Positions 7,764-17,515 of a stretch of 36,206 nt of DNA are shown one piece after another. The number at the start of each line of letters is the position of its first letter. Within the stretch, counting starts at the first letter, position 1. A model generated the notes under the pieces. The model saw only the letters and a list, made by a program, of their open reading frames with translations. It was not told the origin of the DNA and did not search any database. The position numbers and the translations under genes are program-made. Location: contig JAHFKF010000002.1 in NCBI GenBank assembly GCA_023245475.1, positions 1 through 36,206 on the forward strand, written 5' to 3'. This stretch comes from Candidatus Levyibacteriota bacterium. GTDB lineage: Bacteria; Patescibacteriota; Microgenomatia; Levybacterales; UBA12049.

Positions 7764-8729
7764 CTAACGAACAACCTCAACCTCTAACTCTAACTGAAAC
7801 CCAAATTCTTCTTGACACTTCTCTTGCACCTTATCAATAAGCTGTAACACATCGTTTGATGTGGCATGTCCGAGATTCACAATAAATAACGCATGCTTTT
7901 CTGAAATTTGAGCATCTCCGATTCTATGCCCCTTAAGCCCCCACCGATCAATCAAGGCAGCAACAGCAACTTTGCCATACCATTTTTTTTCTACATCTTC
8001 TTTAAAATCAGGATACACTGAAAGTACTTTTGCAATTTGCAAAGGCTCTCGCAAATTTTTAAAGACTGAACCACAATTAGGATACTCAAGCGGATGATTT
8101 CTTTGTCTGGACAAAATATGTTGTTCGTAGGTATTCTTTGCCTCTTGCAACTCTTGATCTGTCGCTTTTTTCAAAGCAAAACGTGCCGAAACAACAAGCA
8201 TCTGCTTATGTGTTTTAATTATGCTTCCTCTATAGACAAACTGTAGATCTTGATTAGAAAATTTCTGTACTGTAGGAATGTCTGTTGAATAATCTAAAAT
8301 TAGAGCATCCAGTAAATTATCCTTTAATTCACCACCATATGCGCCAACGTTCCCCCGAACGCCTGCCCCAACAGTCCCAGGAAGACCACCTGCCCATTCC
8401 AATCCAATAAGTCCCTGCTCAAGACTTTCCTTAACCAGATCCCCCAAGACTTCTCCGCCGAATGCTTCAATTATTCCTTCCCCATCAAGTGTTATTGTAC
8501 TTGTATCAGGTTTTACCAATTGAATCACCGCACCATCGAAATAGAGGTCAGTGAAAATAAGATTTGTACCTTGTCCACATACGAATAACTTTTTGATATG
8601 CTTTTCCTTGATAAACGCAATCGCTTGGACAATATCTTGTTTACTTTGGCACACAAGAAGATATTTTGTTTTGCCTCCAATATGGTACCAAAGTATGTTT
8701 GACAGAAGAGCATCTGCTTTGATTTGCAT
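7764..8729 (-). CDS. murB: UDP-N-acetylenolpyruvoylglucosamine reductase
   Basis: 321 aa. GQGTNLIF, LEWAGGLPGTVGAGVRGNVGAYGGE and PNCGSVFKN are MurB signatures. Confidence 0.9.
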   Translation of the reverse strand: MQIKADALLSNILWYHIGGKTKYLLVCQSKQDIVQAIAFIKEKHIKKLFVCGQGTNLIFTDLYFDGAVIQLVKPDTSTITLDGEGIIEAFGGEVLGDLVKESLEQGLIGLEWAGGLPGTVGAGVRGNVGAYGGELKDNLLDALILDYSTDIPTVQKFSNQDLQFVYRGSIIKTHKQMLVVSARFALKKATDQELQEAKNTYEQHILSRQRNHPLEYPNCGSVFKNLREPLQIAKVLSVYPDFKEDVEKKWYGKVAVAALIDRWGLKGHRIGDAQISEKHALFIVNLGHATSNDVLQLIDKVQEKCQEEFGFQLELEVEVVR

Positions 8730-8779
8730 AGACGGGTTAATTGTATCATGTTTCTATGCTAGAATAAAAAGTACTGCCT

Positions 8780-9598
8780 ATGAAAAAAGCATTTATTATT
8801 ATAATCTCTTCGTTATTACTCTCAATTGCTTTCTTTATCGTTTTTCGACTCCTGATTGAGGCTCGTACTCAAAAAGGAGCACTGCAAGTAACAGCCTCCC
8901 CTGAGAGTAAAGTTTATCTTAATGGAGACTTTATCGGCAAAACTCCGTTATGCAAATGTGATGAAACCAATATGATGCAAAGTGGTGAGTATACCATTCG
9001 ACTTGTTCCAACAGATCATACGTTAATGGAATTTCAAGAAAAGATTACTATCTCAGAAGGCGTGCTTACGGTTGTTGACCGAAAATTTGCCAAAGATTCA
9101 CTATCTGAAGGCTATGTCATCTCGTTAAGTAAACTTCCTGATGCAGAAAAGAATGAATTAGTGGTCGTTTCATTTCCTGAACATGCAAATGTACAATTAG
9201 ATTCTGCAGATATTGGAACAACCCCACGTTCTTTAAAAGATCCAACAGAATCCGACCACATTCTAAAAGTTGCAAAAAATGGTTATAAAGATAAAACAAT
9301 CCGTATTAGAACACCATTAGGATATAAATTAACCGTGGCAGTATATTTAAGTACCGTAAGTAACCTTGCTGCACCCATACAAGAAACCTCTGAGGATTCT
9401 GGCCCCACGGTTATGATTCTTGATACCCCAACTGGTTTCCTCCGAGTGAGACAAACAATTGGTGGTATTGAGGTTGGTCAAGTACAACCAGGTGAAACAT
9501 ATCCTCTCATTGATGAACAAGCAGGATGGTATTCAATTAAATTAAAGGATGGAGCAACGGGATGGATAAGTAGTGATTATGCTAAAAAGGAAGAATAA
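8780..9598 (+). CDS. N-terminally anchored envelope protein with two PEGA-like domains and a C-terminal SH3b-like domain
   Basis: 272 aa. TM/signal anchor; VTASPESKVYLNGDFIGKTP and VSFPEHANVQLDSADIGTTPRSL (PEGA-type); GWYSIKLKDGATGWISSDY (bacterial SH3). Confidence 0.75.
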   Translation: MKKAFIIIISSLLLSIAFFIVFRLLIEARTQKGALQVTASPESKVYLNGDFIGKTPLCKCDETNMMQSGEYTIRLVPTDHTLMEFQEKITISEGVLTVVDRKFAKDSLSEGYVISLSKLPDAEKNELVVVSFPEHANVQLDSADIGTTPRSLKDPTESDHILKVAKNGYKDKTIRIRTPLGYKLTVAVYLSTVSNLAAPIQETSEDSGPTVMILDTPTGFLRVRQTIGGIEVGQVQPGETYPLIDEQAGWYSIKLKDGATGWISSDYAKKEE

Positions 9599-9602
9599 AA
9601 AA

Positions 9603-10559
9603 TTACTGAATAAAGTAAATAATCGTAACAACAAGCACAGTATAAATAACAACTGTTAACAATAATGGACGATCAGATAAGAGTACTCGTTCAGGACTTT
9701 CTCCTTCATGGTTCTCATAAATTCGCTGCAAGTATCGCATTAAACCATAAACGACAGGTAAAATAGTTAACATAAGCCATTTTCTGTCTCCTAAGAAATC
9801 ATTAAAAATCATCATATCAAAACCCGTTGGCATACCTTTGGGATTGGCAACAAAGGTAAAAAGAGAATATGAAATAAATGTCGAGGTAGCAAAAAGGGAT
9901 AAATAGACATCAAGTAATTTTTCACTATAATGAGACAATGTTTTTCTGGTCGAAATAACTTGTCCTTTTGCAAGATGACCAAAAAGGGTTAATTCAGAAC
10001 GTCTTTTACCAATAGCTAAAAACAACGATAACGAAATAACTGTTAAAAAGAGCCAAGCTGATAAATGAAATCCAGTAACGACTTCTCCTGCAAAAACTCG
10101 TAACATATATCCACCAGCTAGTGTAAGAATATCGACAATTTCGATATGTTTCAAATAGGCTGAATAGGCAACATGCAAAATAAAATAAATAATCGTAATT
10201 GCAAAAAAGCTAGGGTTAATAAAATAACTTCCAATGAAAGAAGTCGCTGTTAAGATAATCACAATTGCTACAGCAACACCTCTCGATACATCACCACTTG
10301 CAAGTGGACGAAAGCGTTTGAAAGGATGCAGACGATCTTTCTTCGTATCAAATAAATCATTGATTACGTAGATTGCACTTGAAACTGCACAAAAAATTAA
10401 GAATCCATAGGAAGCATCAAGGAAGGACCAAAGATTAAAGAGTTCTCCACTAAAAAGAAGGGAAGCATAAATAGCAAAGTTTTTTATCCACTGACGTGGA
10501 CGAAGCAGACGAAAAATATCACGAAATACTTTTTTCATTCGTTTTCTTTGTAACCGCAT
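9603..10559 (-). CDS. UbiA-family prenyltransferase, decaprenyl-phosphate phosphoribosyltransferase-like
   Basis: 318 aa, about 8-9 TM. RPRQWIKNFAIYA and YVINDLFDTKKDRLHPFKRFRPLASG match the DPPR-synthase subgroup of UbiA enzymes. The start may be the MKK at 10541. It overlaps the upstream gene end. Confidence 0.8.
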   Translation of the reverse strand: MRLQRKRMKKVFRDIFRLLRPRQWIKNFAIYASLLFSGELFNLWSFLDASYGFLIFCAVSSAIYVINDLFDTKKDRLHPFKRFRPLASGDVSRGVAVAIVIILTATSFIGSYFINPSFFAITIIYFILHVAYSAYLKHIEIVDILTLAGGYMLRVFAGEVVTGFHLSAWLFLTVISLSLFLAIGKRRSELTLFGHLAKGQVISTRKTLSHYSEKLLDVYLSLFATSTFISYSLFTFVANPKGMPTGFDMMIFNDFLGDRKWLMLTILPVVYGLMRYLQRIYENHEGESPERVLLSDRPLLLTVVIYTVLVVTIIYFIQ

Positions 10560-11571
10560 GGAGGAAAAATAATCCTCCCCCCGTAATCACTCCAACCATA
10601 ATAATTGCGAATACTTTACTTTTACTCTCAAGGGAGAGAGCCAGTACCCCTAATATAGCAGAGATGCCCCAATAAAACAATGCAATTTGTCTTTGACTCC
10701 AACCCAATTGTAACAATAAATGATGTAAATGTTTTTTATCACCTTTAAATGGTGATTTTTTCTGAATAACTCTTCTCAAAATCGTAAAAACAAAATCTAC
10801 TAATGGAACTCCCATGACAAGAAGTGCAGTTGCTAACTTGGCACTGGAAAGCATTGATGTCACTCCAAGGAGTAAATAGAGAGCTGTGGCACCATACCCA
10901 GGAAATAGTTTTGCAGGATGAAAGTTGAAGAGTAAAAATCCTAAAGCACTTCCTGCAATGATAAATGCTAACTTTGCATCAATAAATTCTCCTGTCCCAC
11001 GAAGGCTAAGAATGCCAATAACAATTGCTGAGATAGCAACAATTCCAGGCATTTGCCCGTCTACTCCTTTACTCCAATTGAGCATATTCATAATCCAGAT
11101 GAGCCAAACTACAGAAATAATAAAGGAAATAATCACCGGAATATGCAAAATTCCTCCAAATGGGTTGGTAATAAATTGAATACTTACACCATTTGCAACC
11201 ACAATAATTGCAACAACAATGTTAAGAAAAAAACGAAGATAAGGAGAAACGTCTTTTGACTTTGCATTTAACCGATCATCAACTAAACCGACAATAAGCG
11301 CTAGCAGTGCTGCGGCAAAAACAGCAATTGTGGTTTGATTGATAGGAAGGAAAAAGATACCGACAAGAAAAACACTTAACAGCAATGGCAATCCTCCCCC
11401 ACGAGGAATTGGACGAGTATGCAATAAAGCAGGATGTTTATGTCGTTTAGGATCATCTATCAATCCTATTTTTTTACTAAGGACAATACATCCCGGCGTT
11501 ATAAGAGCAGTCACCAAAAATGTTAAAATAAATGGTATGATAACGAAATCGTTTGGAAATTGTATCATCAA
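10519..11571 (-). CDS. Glycosyltransferase family 4 polyprenyl-phosphate HexNAc-1-phosphate transferase (WecA/TagO/MraY superfamily)
   Basis: 350 aa polytopic protein. LIDDPKRHKHPALLHTRPIPRGGGL, VDDRL and NMLNWSKGVDG correspond to conserved MraY/WecA motifs. The N-terminal motif favours WecA-like over MraY. Confidence 0.8.
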   Translation of the reverse strand: MMIQFPNDFVIIPFILTFLVTALITPGCIVLSKKIGLIDDPKRHKHPALLHTRPIPRGGGLPLLLSVFLVGIFFLPINQTTIAVFAAALLALIVGLVDDRLNAKSKDVSPYLRFFLNIVVAIIVVANGVSIQFITNPFGGILHIPVIISFIISVVWLIWIMNMLNWSKGVDGQMPGIVAISAIVIGILSLRGTGEFIDAKLAFIIAGSALGFLLFNFHPAKLFPGYGATALYLLLGVTSMLSSAKLATALLVMGVPLVDFVFTILRRVIQKKSPFKGDKKHLHHLLLQLGWSQRQIALFYWGISAILGVLALSLESKSKVFAIIMVGVITGGGLFFLHAVTKKTNEKSIS

Positions 11572-11921
11572 AGTATGATATGCACCGTTTGCACTACAAA
11601 AATAAAAGAGAGTGCTACAATAAGCACCGTTGTCACACTCAGCAAGCGAGAAACTAATGGCGCTCTATCATAGACTTTATTCAAGAAAAAAAGATTTGCC
11701 AAAGAAAATATGCACGCAATCATCACTGGCAAAAAGATTTCTAGACGCGTTCCAAGCCGGGCATCTCCCCAGGGTAGTTGGTTAAATAATGGTAAAAACG
11801 GGGGCAATGAAAGATACACAATGCCCAAGTAAACAAGCTGTGTTACAAAAAGTATAACAGCACTTGTCATCCCCAATTTTATGATTTTATCTGATTTTAC
11901 GTACTTAAAAAGTTCTCTCAT
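11568..11921 (-). CDS. Small membrane protein (3-4 TM), unknown function
   Basis: 117 aa. Overlaps both neighbours (4 nt and 17 nt), so it is embedded in the glycosylation operon. No family recognised. Confidence 0.55.
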   Translation of the reverse strand: MRELFKYVKSDKIIKLGMTSAVILFVTQLVYLGIVYLSLPPFLPLFNQLPWGDARLGTRLEIFLPVMIACIFSLANLFFLNKVYDRAPLVSRLLSVTTVLIVALSFIFVVQTVHIIL

Positions 11922-13416
11922 AAATTGTTGCTCTTTCTAACGAAAATGTTTTCAAATATGAATCAAGTGAAAATGGAAAGCTCGGTGCTTCAGCAAGGAT
12001 GATAACATATTTGGGTCGTAATGTGTTAAGGGATTGTTGTGTTTCCCTAATTGCTTGATTACTTCCACGGATATGATAGGCAACTGTATATTTATTTGGC
12101 GGTAAGGTACCAGACAACGAGTAAATCTGCGCATTATCTCCCCACACAAAGACAACATCATTTTTATTGGTATGGAGTTTTATAAACGAAGCAACTTCGT
12201 AGTCACGAGGTGTTTTACCATCAAAAAAAGCTTGATATGAGGTAATATCTTTCTTCTCCGTTACAAAAAGAATAGCATTTTGATAATATAACACTTTTTT
12301 CATATAACCAGACAAGTGGAAACCTGCTACTAAGGTCGCAGTACTGATAAGAAAAAGGACTATTAGTAATAACTTTTCTCGTACTTGTTTCGTTATCAAA
12401 ATTAAACCAACTAATAAACACCAACTAGGCACCATTACCAACAAATAGTGTGTATAAGGGCGTTGCGAAAAGAAAGCATTAAAGACTGAAAATCCGAACC
12501 ATACTAAAATAAATAACGCAGGACGCGAAAGCGAATTACGTTTTAAGAAGAGTATAATCATAGAGATAAGAAGCAAAAGTATTTTGAGTATCAAAAAACC
12601 TTGAGGAATAATCAATTTATTGCCATACCCAACATAGCCAATATTGCCAAATAGTACTGCTTGTATAAACGAGTCAAATGTATTGGTTGCGAAAAAATAA
12701 AGACAGGTAACAATAACCGGAAGAAGAAATCCAGCAGTGAGAAAAAGAAACTGATGCAGCAATGGCCTTATCCAAACAAGTTGGGTATGAATACCTTTTG
12801 AGAAATGTTTTGGTAAACCAACTAATACCAAAAAGAAAAGCATAGTCGCAAAATCAAAAATCGCGACAATCTTAAATAAGAAGGCAACCCCGAGCAAGAC
12901 ACCTGCTATAAGAAGCGCCCAACGAGGAGTGAGTACTGTAAATTGTTTTTGTTTATCAACCAATCGATAAATCAGAAATCCAGCGGCAATAACAGGAAGT
13001 AAAATAAAATTTTCGGCATTGGCAATATTGCCCTCAATAAGTGGTGTAGCAAAGAGTAACGTAAATAACAAAGAAGTAAGGACAGCAACGGGTGCGTTTT
13101 TCAACAATCGCTTGGACAAAAAAAAGAAGATAATCAAGGATAAAAGTCCTACAATTAAAGAGGCACTTCGTACCCAAAACTGATCACCATCAAAAAGAGC
13201 ATACGTTATGTAAAGAAATGGTGGCTTATTATCCCAAGCCTCACTATATAACATTCGGCCACTGTGCATTGCTTGTCCCAGTACTTGATATATACCTTCA
13301 TCACCATACCAATTCGGCTCAATAAGGGAAGGCAAACGGAGAAAAAAGAACAGTACAATAATTCCTAAAAGAAACCAACATGTTTTACTTTTTTCAAGTT
13401 TGGTTAAGAGATTCAT
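11905..13416 (-). CDS. GT-C fold membrane glycosyltransferase (GT39/GT83, ArnT/PMT_2-like)
   Basis: 503 aa with more than 10 TM. The N-terminal LRLPSLIEPNWYGDEGIY...AWDNKPPFLY is the typical first-loop DE/KPP signature of polyprenyl-phosphate-sugar-dependent GT-C enzymes. Confidence 0.75.
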   Translation of the reverse strand: MNLLTKLEKSKTCWFLLGIIVLFFFLRLPSLIEPNWYGDEGIYQVLGQAMHSGRMLYSEAWDNKPPFLYITYALFDGDQFWVRSASLIVGLLSLIIFFFLSKRLLKNAPVAVLTSLLFTLLFATPLIEGNIANAENFILLPVIAAGFLIYRLVDKQKQFTVLTPRWALLIAGVLLGVAFLFKIVAIFDFATMLFFLVLVGLPKHFSKGIHTQLVWIRPLLHQFLFLTAGFLLPVIVTCLYFFATNTFDSFIQAVLFGNIGYVGYGNKLIIPQGFLILKILLLLISMIILFLKRNSLSRPALFILVWFGFSVFNAFFSQRPYTHYLLVMVPSWCLLVGLILITKQVREKLLLIVLFLISTATLVAGFHLSGYMKKVLYYQNAILFVTEKKDITSYQAFFDGKTPRDYEVASFIKLHTNKNDVVFVWGDNAQIYSLSGTLPPNKYTVAYHIRGSNQAIRETQQSLNTLRPKYVIILAEAPSFPFSLDSYLKTFSLERATIYERTF

Positions 13417-13422
13417 ACTGAG

Positions 13423-14916
13423 CTAAACCTTTTCTGTCACTTTATATTCTAACCGTTTCCCAAACATTAATTGTGTATGAGAAATGAGAGCAGGCAAAGC
13501 AGATAAGAAAAAGCCAATAATTGGCATCAGAAGAAATTCAAAAGGGAAAAGTAATTTTCTATAGAAAGGGAGATGTTGATTTGCTGGGCGATTTTTGTAA
13601 TCAAGATAGAGCATTGCAAGGAGTGCCAATAAACAAAGGTTAAGAATAAATCCAGCAAGCTGTGGCAAGCTATACCCAAGAGCAGTACGTGAATAAACAG
13701 GATTAATCACCGCCATGATGTTTGCTGCAACAGTAATCACAAACCAACTGACAGGCCACAAAATGTGACTTAATAAAACATGAAAAACTAAATTTGTCTT
13801 ACGCCAGAATGGCACGCAAGGAACAGTAAGCCACCACTTAATAAATAACGGATTATCAGAAACACCCCAGGACCAGCGTCTTTCCTGCGTATATTTATTT
13901 TTCAAACTACTTACATACCCTGGGGATTGAGCAGCATCCATTGAGGTTTTGAGAAAAATTGGCTCGACCCATAATTGCCCCTTCTTTTTAAAGAATGTCT
14001 TAAAAAAGATTCGATAATCCTCAGGAATAACATCAACATCCCAGAAATCTACCTCTTTTAACAGTCTCATTGAAAGTGTGTAGGTAGATTGCGTGATTAA
14101 TCGATCACGCTGTACGAGAAGTGAAATCTGATACAAACTACCAAAGAATGAAACCACGCGGGTTGCAGCAGGGACTTGCCAATTATTATTGTGGAAGACA
14201 ATTGCTGATTGCCAGAATTTATTGTAACGTTTTGGATCTTTCAGAAAGAGATATGTAAGATATGCAAAGTATTCTGTATGAAAAATCGAATCAGCATCAA
14301 CTGAGGAAATTGTCGCAAAATTTGCATCATACTTACCACTCTCAAAAAGAAGTCTATATGCTTGACGGCCACCATACGCTTCATTTGATGACTTACCTTT
14401 TACTTCTCCTTCAACATCAGGATGATATGTCGCAAAAATGCTCCCGAAGGTATCTTTGAATTCATTAATCAAAATTTTTGCCCGATCTTTGGCTTCTTCT
14501 TCACGCTCTTCCATAGCAAGAACTATGTGAAGATTTTTACGAGGGAATGACTGTTTACTCAAAGCATCAAGGGTAACTCGAATCTTCTCCGCTTTCTCTT
14601 TATAATTGGGGATAATTAATACATGTTGCACTTTATCGCAATCAACAAACGCTTGCGCTTTATCATACCAATCGATCTTCTCTGCTTTTTCAATGAGCTT
14701 ACTGGATTTAAAAGCATTGACAACAAGATTTGATGACTTATAAAACCAATACAAATCAAAAAAGAGGATAAAATAGGCAAGCACTGTAGGAATAAAAAAA
14801 GAGCCCCACAATGGGAACAGAATGACAGTCCAAGCAATAAATCCTGGTAAGATCTCCAAGGCACGCCGTGTCTTATTTGGATACCTCGTAAATAATCTGT
14901 CGAAGAAACTTGTCAT
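13423..14916 (-). CDS. Membrane-integrated processive family 2 glycosyltransferase (cellulose/chitin-synthase-like)
   Basis: 497 aa. VLIIPNYKE, SSVDADS (DxD) and QERRWSWG (QxxRW) motifs, flanked by N- and C-terminal TM helices. Confidence 0.8.
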   Translation of the reverse strand: MTSFFDRLFTRYPNKTRRALEILPGFIAWTVILFPLWGSFFIPTVLAYFILFFDLYWFYKSSNLVVNAFKSSKLIEKAEKIDWYDKAQAFVDCDKVQHVLIIPNYKEKAEKIRVTLDALSKQSFPRKNLHIVLAMEEREEEAKDRAKILINEFKDTFGSIFATYHPDVEGEVKGKSSNEAYGGRQAYRLLFESGKYDANFATISSVDADSIFHTEYFAYLTYLFLKDPKRYNKFWQSAIVFHNNNWQVPAATRVVSFFGSLYQISLLVQRDRLITQSTYTLSMRLLKEVDFWDVDVIPEDYRIFFKTFFKKKGQLWVEPIFLKTSMDAAQSPGYVSSLKNKYTQERRWSWGVSDNPLFIKWWLTVPCVPFWRKTNLVFHVLLSHILWPVSWFVITVAANIMAVINPVYSRTALGYSLPQLAGFILNLCLLALLAMLYLDYKNRPANQHLPFYRKLLFPFEFLLMPIIGFFLSALPALISHTQLMFGKRLEYKVTEKV

Positions 14917-15731
14917 AGGTTAAATATAGTATAGACATTTTTGTCAGTCTGTTCCACTATCTCTTCAAAGGAGACGTTTTTTATGCGGGCAATAAAACGT
15001 GCCGTAAGTATAGCAGATGCAGGCGTATTTCGCTTACCGCGATCAGGCATAGGCGTTAAATAAGGACTGTCTGTTTCAATAACCAAACGTTCAAGCGGTG
15101 TTTTCTCAATCAAATCAGTCAGAGGCAATGGCTCTCCAGGAGGCGTGCCTGCATAGGTTGTATTGCCATCAAAGCCTACTGAAAATCCAAGATCAAGTGC
15201 TTGGTAAAGACTTTCAAGACTCCCAGCCATACAATGAAACATACCCGGTACATCAAGGAGCAAATGTTTGTGTGCTTTCAGAATTGCTAAGGTAACTTTT
15301 CGAGCTTCATCGGTACGTGTATGAATCTGTAACGGCAATTTCTGCGAGTGAGCAAGCTCAAGTTGCTGGATAAAAATCGCTTCTTGTATAGCAGGGTTAA
15401 CAATACCGTTTGATTGATACGAATAGTAATCAATGCCGCATTCGCCAATACCAATCACTTTGGGATGCTTTGCTAATTTTTCTAGTTCAGCAATCCAGCC
15501 TTGCTCCTCAGGATGCATTGTGGTCACTTTGTCTGCGTGATGTGGATGGACGCCAATAACCGCATAAAGTCGTTCATACTTTTCAGCCAAATCAACAGCC
15601 CACTTGCTTGAAGATACTTGGGTACCCGTATTGATGATCGTATGCACACCAGCTTTTTTTGCTTCTGCAATTACTGCGTCGTAATCTTCTTCAAATGAAT
15701 GGAAATTGAGATGACAATGTGCGTCTATCAT
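14913..15731 (-). CDS. TatD-family metal-dependent hydrolase/DNase
   Basis: 272 aa. MIDAHCHLNF, GVHPHH, IGECGIDY, ETDSPYL. Confidence 0.9.
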   Translation of the reverse strand: MIDAHCHLNFHSFEEDYDAVIAEAKKAGVHTIINTGTQVSSSKWAVDLAEKYERLYAVIGVHPHHADKVTTMHPEEQGWIAELEKLAKHPKVIGIGECGIDYYSYQSNGIVNPAIQEAIFIQQLELAHSQKLPLQIHTRTDEARKVTLAILKAHKHLLLDVPGMFHCMAGSLESLYQALDLGFSVGFDGNTTYAGTPPGEPLPLTDLIEKTPLERLVIETDSPYLTPMPDRGKRNTPASAILTARFIARIKNVSFEEIVEQTDKNVYTIFNL

Positions 15732-15734
15732 AGA

Positions 15735-17186
15735 CTATGATAATCTGGGAAATAATGAAGAGCTACTAACAATGGTAGGACCTGCAAATTGCTTGGCAAT
15801 CTTTTCAGCAGTGTCAGGAAGAAATGGCCTGAGAAGAATTGCAACTTCCTGAATTTCATCAACACAGTGTGCTAGTACACTTTTGAGACGATCAGTATCT
15901 GTTTTTGCTAATTTCCAAGGCTCTTCTTCATTAATATATTTATCCAACTGTGCAATTTTTTGCCATACAAAACTTAATGCATCAGGAAATTTAAATGCTT
16001 CTAATGCTGCTACATAATCAGCATCATCCATAATGTGCCCGGCTTCCCCTCCTTCAGAACTCATATGTGTGTAGTTACTATTTTCACAAAGCTTTGCGAC
16101 ACGAGCAACGACGTTTCCTAATCCATTGGCAAGGTCGGCATTGTACGAAAGCTTTAATTTGTCTTCTGAGAAGTCTCCATCAGCAAATGGGGAAATATAA
16201 CGAAGACAATAATATCGTAGAGGATCAATACCATACGCCTTAATCATCTCAATTGGATCAATCACATTTCCCAAGGTCTTTGACATTTTTTGTCCGTTAA
16301 CCGTAATATACTCATGCACAAACAATTGTTTGGGCAGGGCTAACCCCGCAGAAAGAAGAAATGCTGGCCAGTAAACTGCGTGAAAGCGAATAATACCCTT
16401 ACCAATTACCTGAATATCTGCAGGCCACCATTTCTTATAATTCTTTTCATCCCATCCAAAACCGATACCACTCTGATAGATGTTAAGGGCATCAAACCAT
16501 ACGTACATTCGTTGCGTTGGGTCACCTGGGACAGGAATTCCCCAATTCTTGGCGCGAGTATTGCTTCGAGAGATACTAATGTCTTGTAAGCCACGTTTTA
16601 CGAAAGCAACCACCTCATTTTTACGAAACTCAGGTGTAATACGAAGCGTATTTTTCTCAAGAATATCTAAAATTTGCTCTTGGTATTTTGATAATTTAAA
16701 AAAGTAATTTTCTTCTTCTACTTCATCAAGTTTTTTCCCTGGATGTTCAAAGCATTCACCATTTGCATCAAGCTCTTCTTTGTCATAAAACATCTCACAA
16801 CCAACACAATATAGACCGGTATATTTCTTTTTATAAATATCACCATTCTTTGAGCATAGTTCCCACAATTTCTGTGAAGCCGGATAGTGATGGAGTTTAT
16901 CACTTCCTTTTTGCCAGATGTCATAGGTTGTCTGTAGTTGATTAACCAAATCCACAAACAAATTATTATTGGTATCAATAAACTCTTGAATTGGCTTGCC
17001 TGCTTTTTCCGCTGCTTGCACATTTTTAAGAGCATTTTCATCTCCACCACAAAGCTTGGTTACGTCTTCTCCCTTTAACCGGTGATATCTGGCAATAACA
17101 TCGGTTTGAATGAATTCCAGTGCGTGACCAATATGCGGTTTTGCATTAACATAAGGAATTGCAGTGGTGATATAAAACTTGGTCAT
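15735..17186 (-). CDS. metG: Methionine--tRNA ligase
   Basis: ITTAIPYVNAKPHIGHALEFIQTDV (HIGH), CxxC knuckle (YCVGCEMFY), KMSKTLGNVIDP. The ORF opens at 17231, but MTKFYITT (ATG 17186) fits homologues and removes the overlap with the upstream gene. Confidence 0.9.
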   Translation of the reverse strand: MTKFYITTAIPYVNAKPHIGHALEFIQTDVIARYHRLKGEDVTKLCGGDENALKNVQAAEKAGKPIQEFIDTNNNLFVDLVNQLQTTYDIWQKGSDKLHHYPASQKLWELCSKNGDIYKKKYTGLYCVGCEMFYDKEELDANGECFEHPGKKLDEVEEENYFFKLSKYQEQILDILEKNTLRITPEFRKNEVVAFVKRGLQDISISRSNTRAKNWGIPVPGDPTQRMYVWFDALNIYQSGIGFGWDEKNYKKWWPADIQVIGKGIIRFHAVYWPAFLLSAGLALPKQLFVHEYITVNGQKMSKTLGNVIDPIEMIKAYGIDPLRYYCLRYISPFADGDFSEDKLKLSYNADLANGLGNVVARVAKLCENSNYTHMSSEGGEAGHIMDDADYVAALEAFKFPDALSFVWQKIAQLDKYINEEEPWKLAKTDTDRLKSVLAHCVDEIQEVAILLRPFLPDTAEKIAKQFAGPTIVSSSSLFPRLS

Positions 17187-17202
17187 AATAGCTTCGATTG
17201 TA

Positions 17203-17511
17203 TCATCTCTTTCGATAAAAAAGCAATCCAAGCATGAGGAAAAGTGCCAAAAGAAGAATCAGAAAAAATGGATGCGTAAGATTATTTAAACGAAAAATAA
17301 GAATGGTGACAATGCAACTTCCCAAAAGGGCGCCATATTTTTTCTCTCGAAAAAAAACTGTTCCCAAAAAGAAACAGAAGAAAAAAAGAAGAAAGAAAAA
17401 AATTGGGATAAAATATGAAGATGGTGGAACAATAACAATAAGCGCCGCACTTGCGACAACGCATAAGATACTCGCAACAATAAAAATAAGTGGAGATTTT
17501 CTTCTACGCAT
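17203..17511 (-). CDS. Small Phe-rich polytopic membrane protein, unknown function
   Basis: About 102 aa from MRRRKSPLIF (ATG 17511), 4 nt downstream of the stop of the Cys-rich gene. Hydrophobic stretches include IPIFFFLLFFFCFFLGTVFF. The longer ORF start (17547) would overlap the upstream CDS. Confidence 0.5.
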   Translation of the reverse strand: MRRRKSPLIFIVASILCVVASAALIVIVPPSSYFIPIFFFLLFFFCFFLGTVFFREKKYGALLGSCIVTILIFRLNNLTHPFFLILLLALFLMLGLLFYRKR

Positions 17512-17515
17512 ATTA

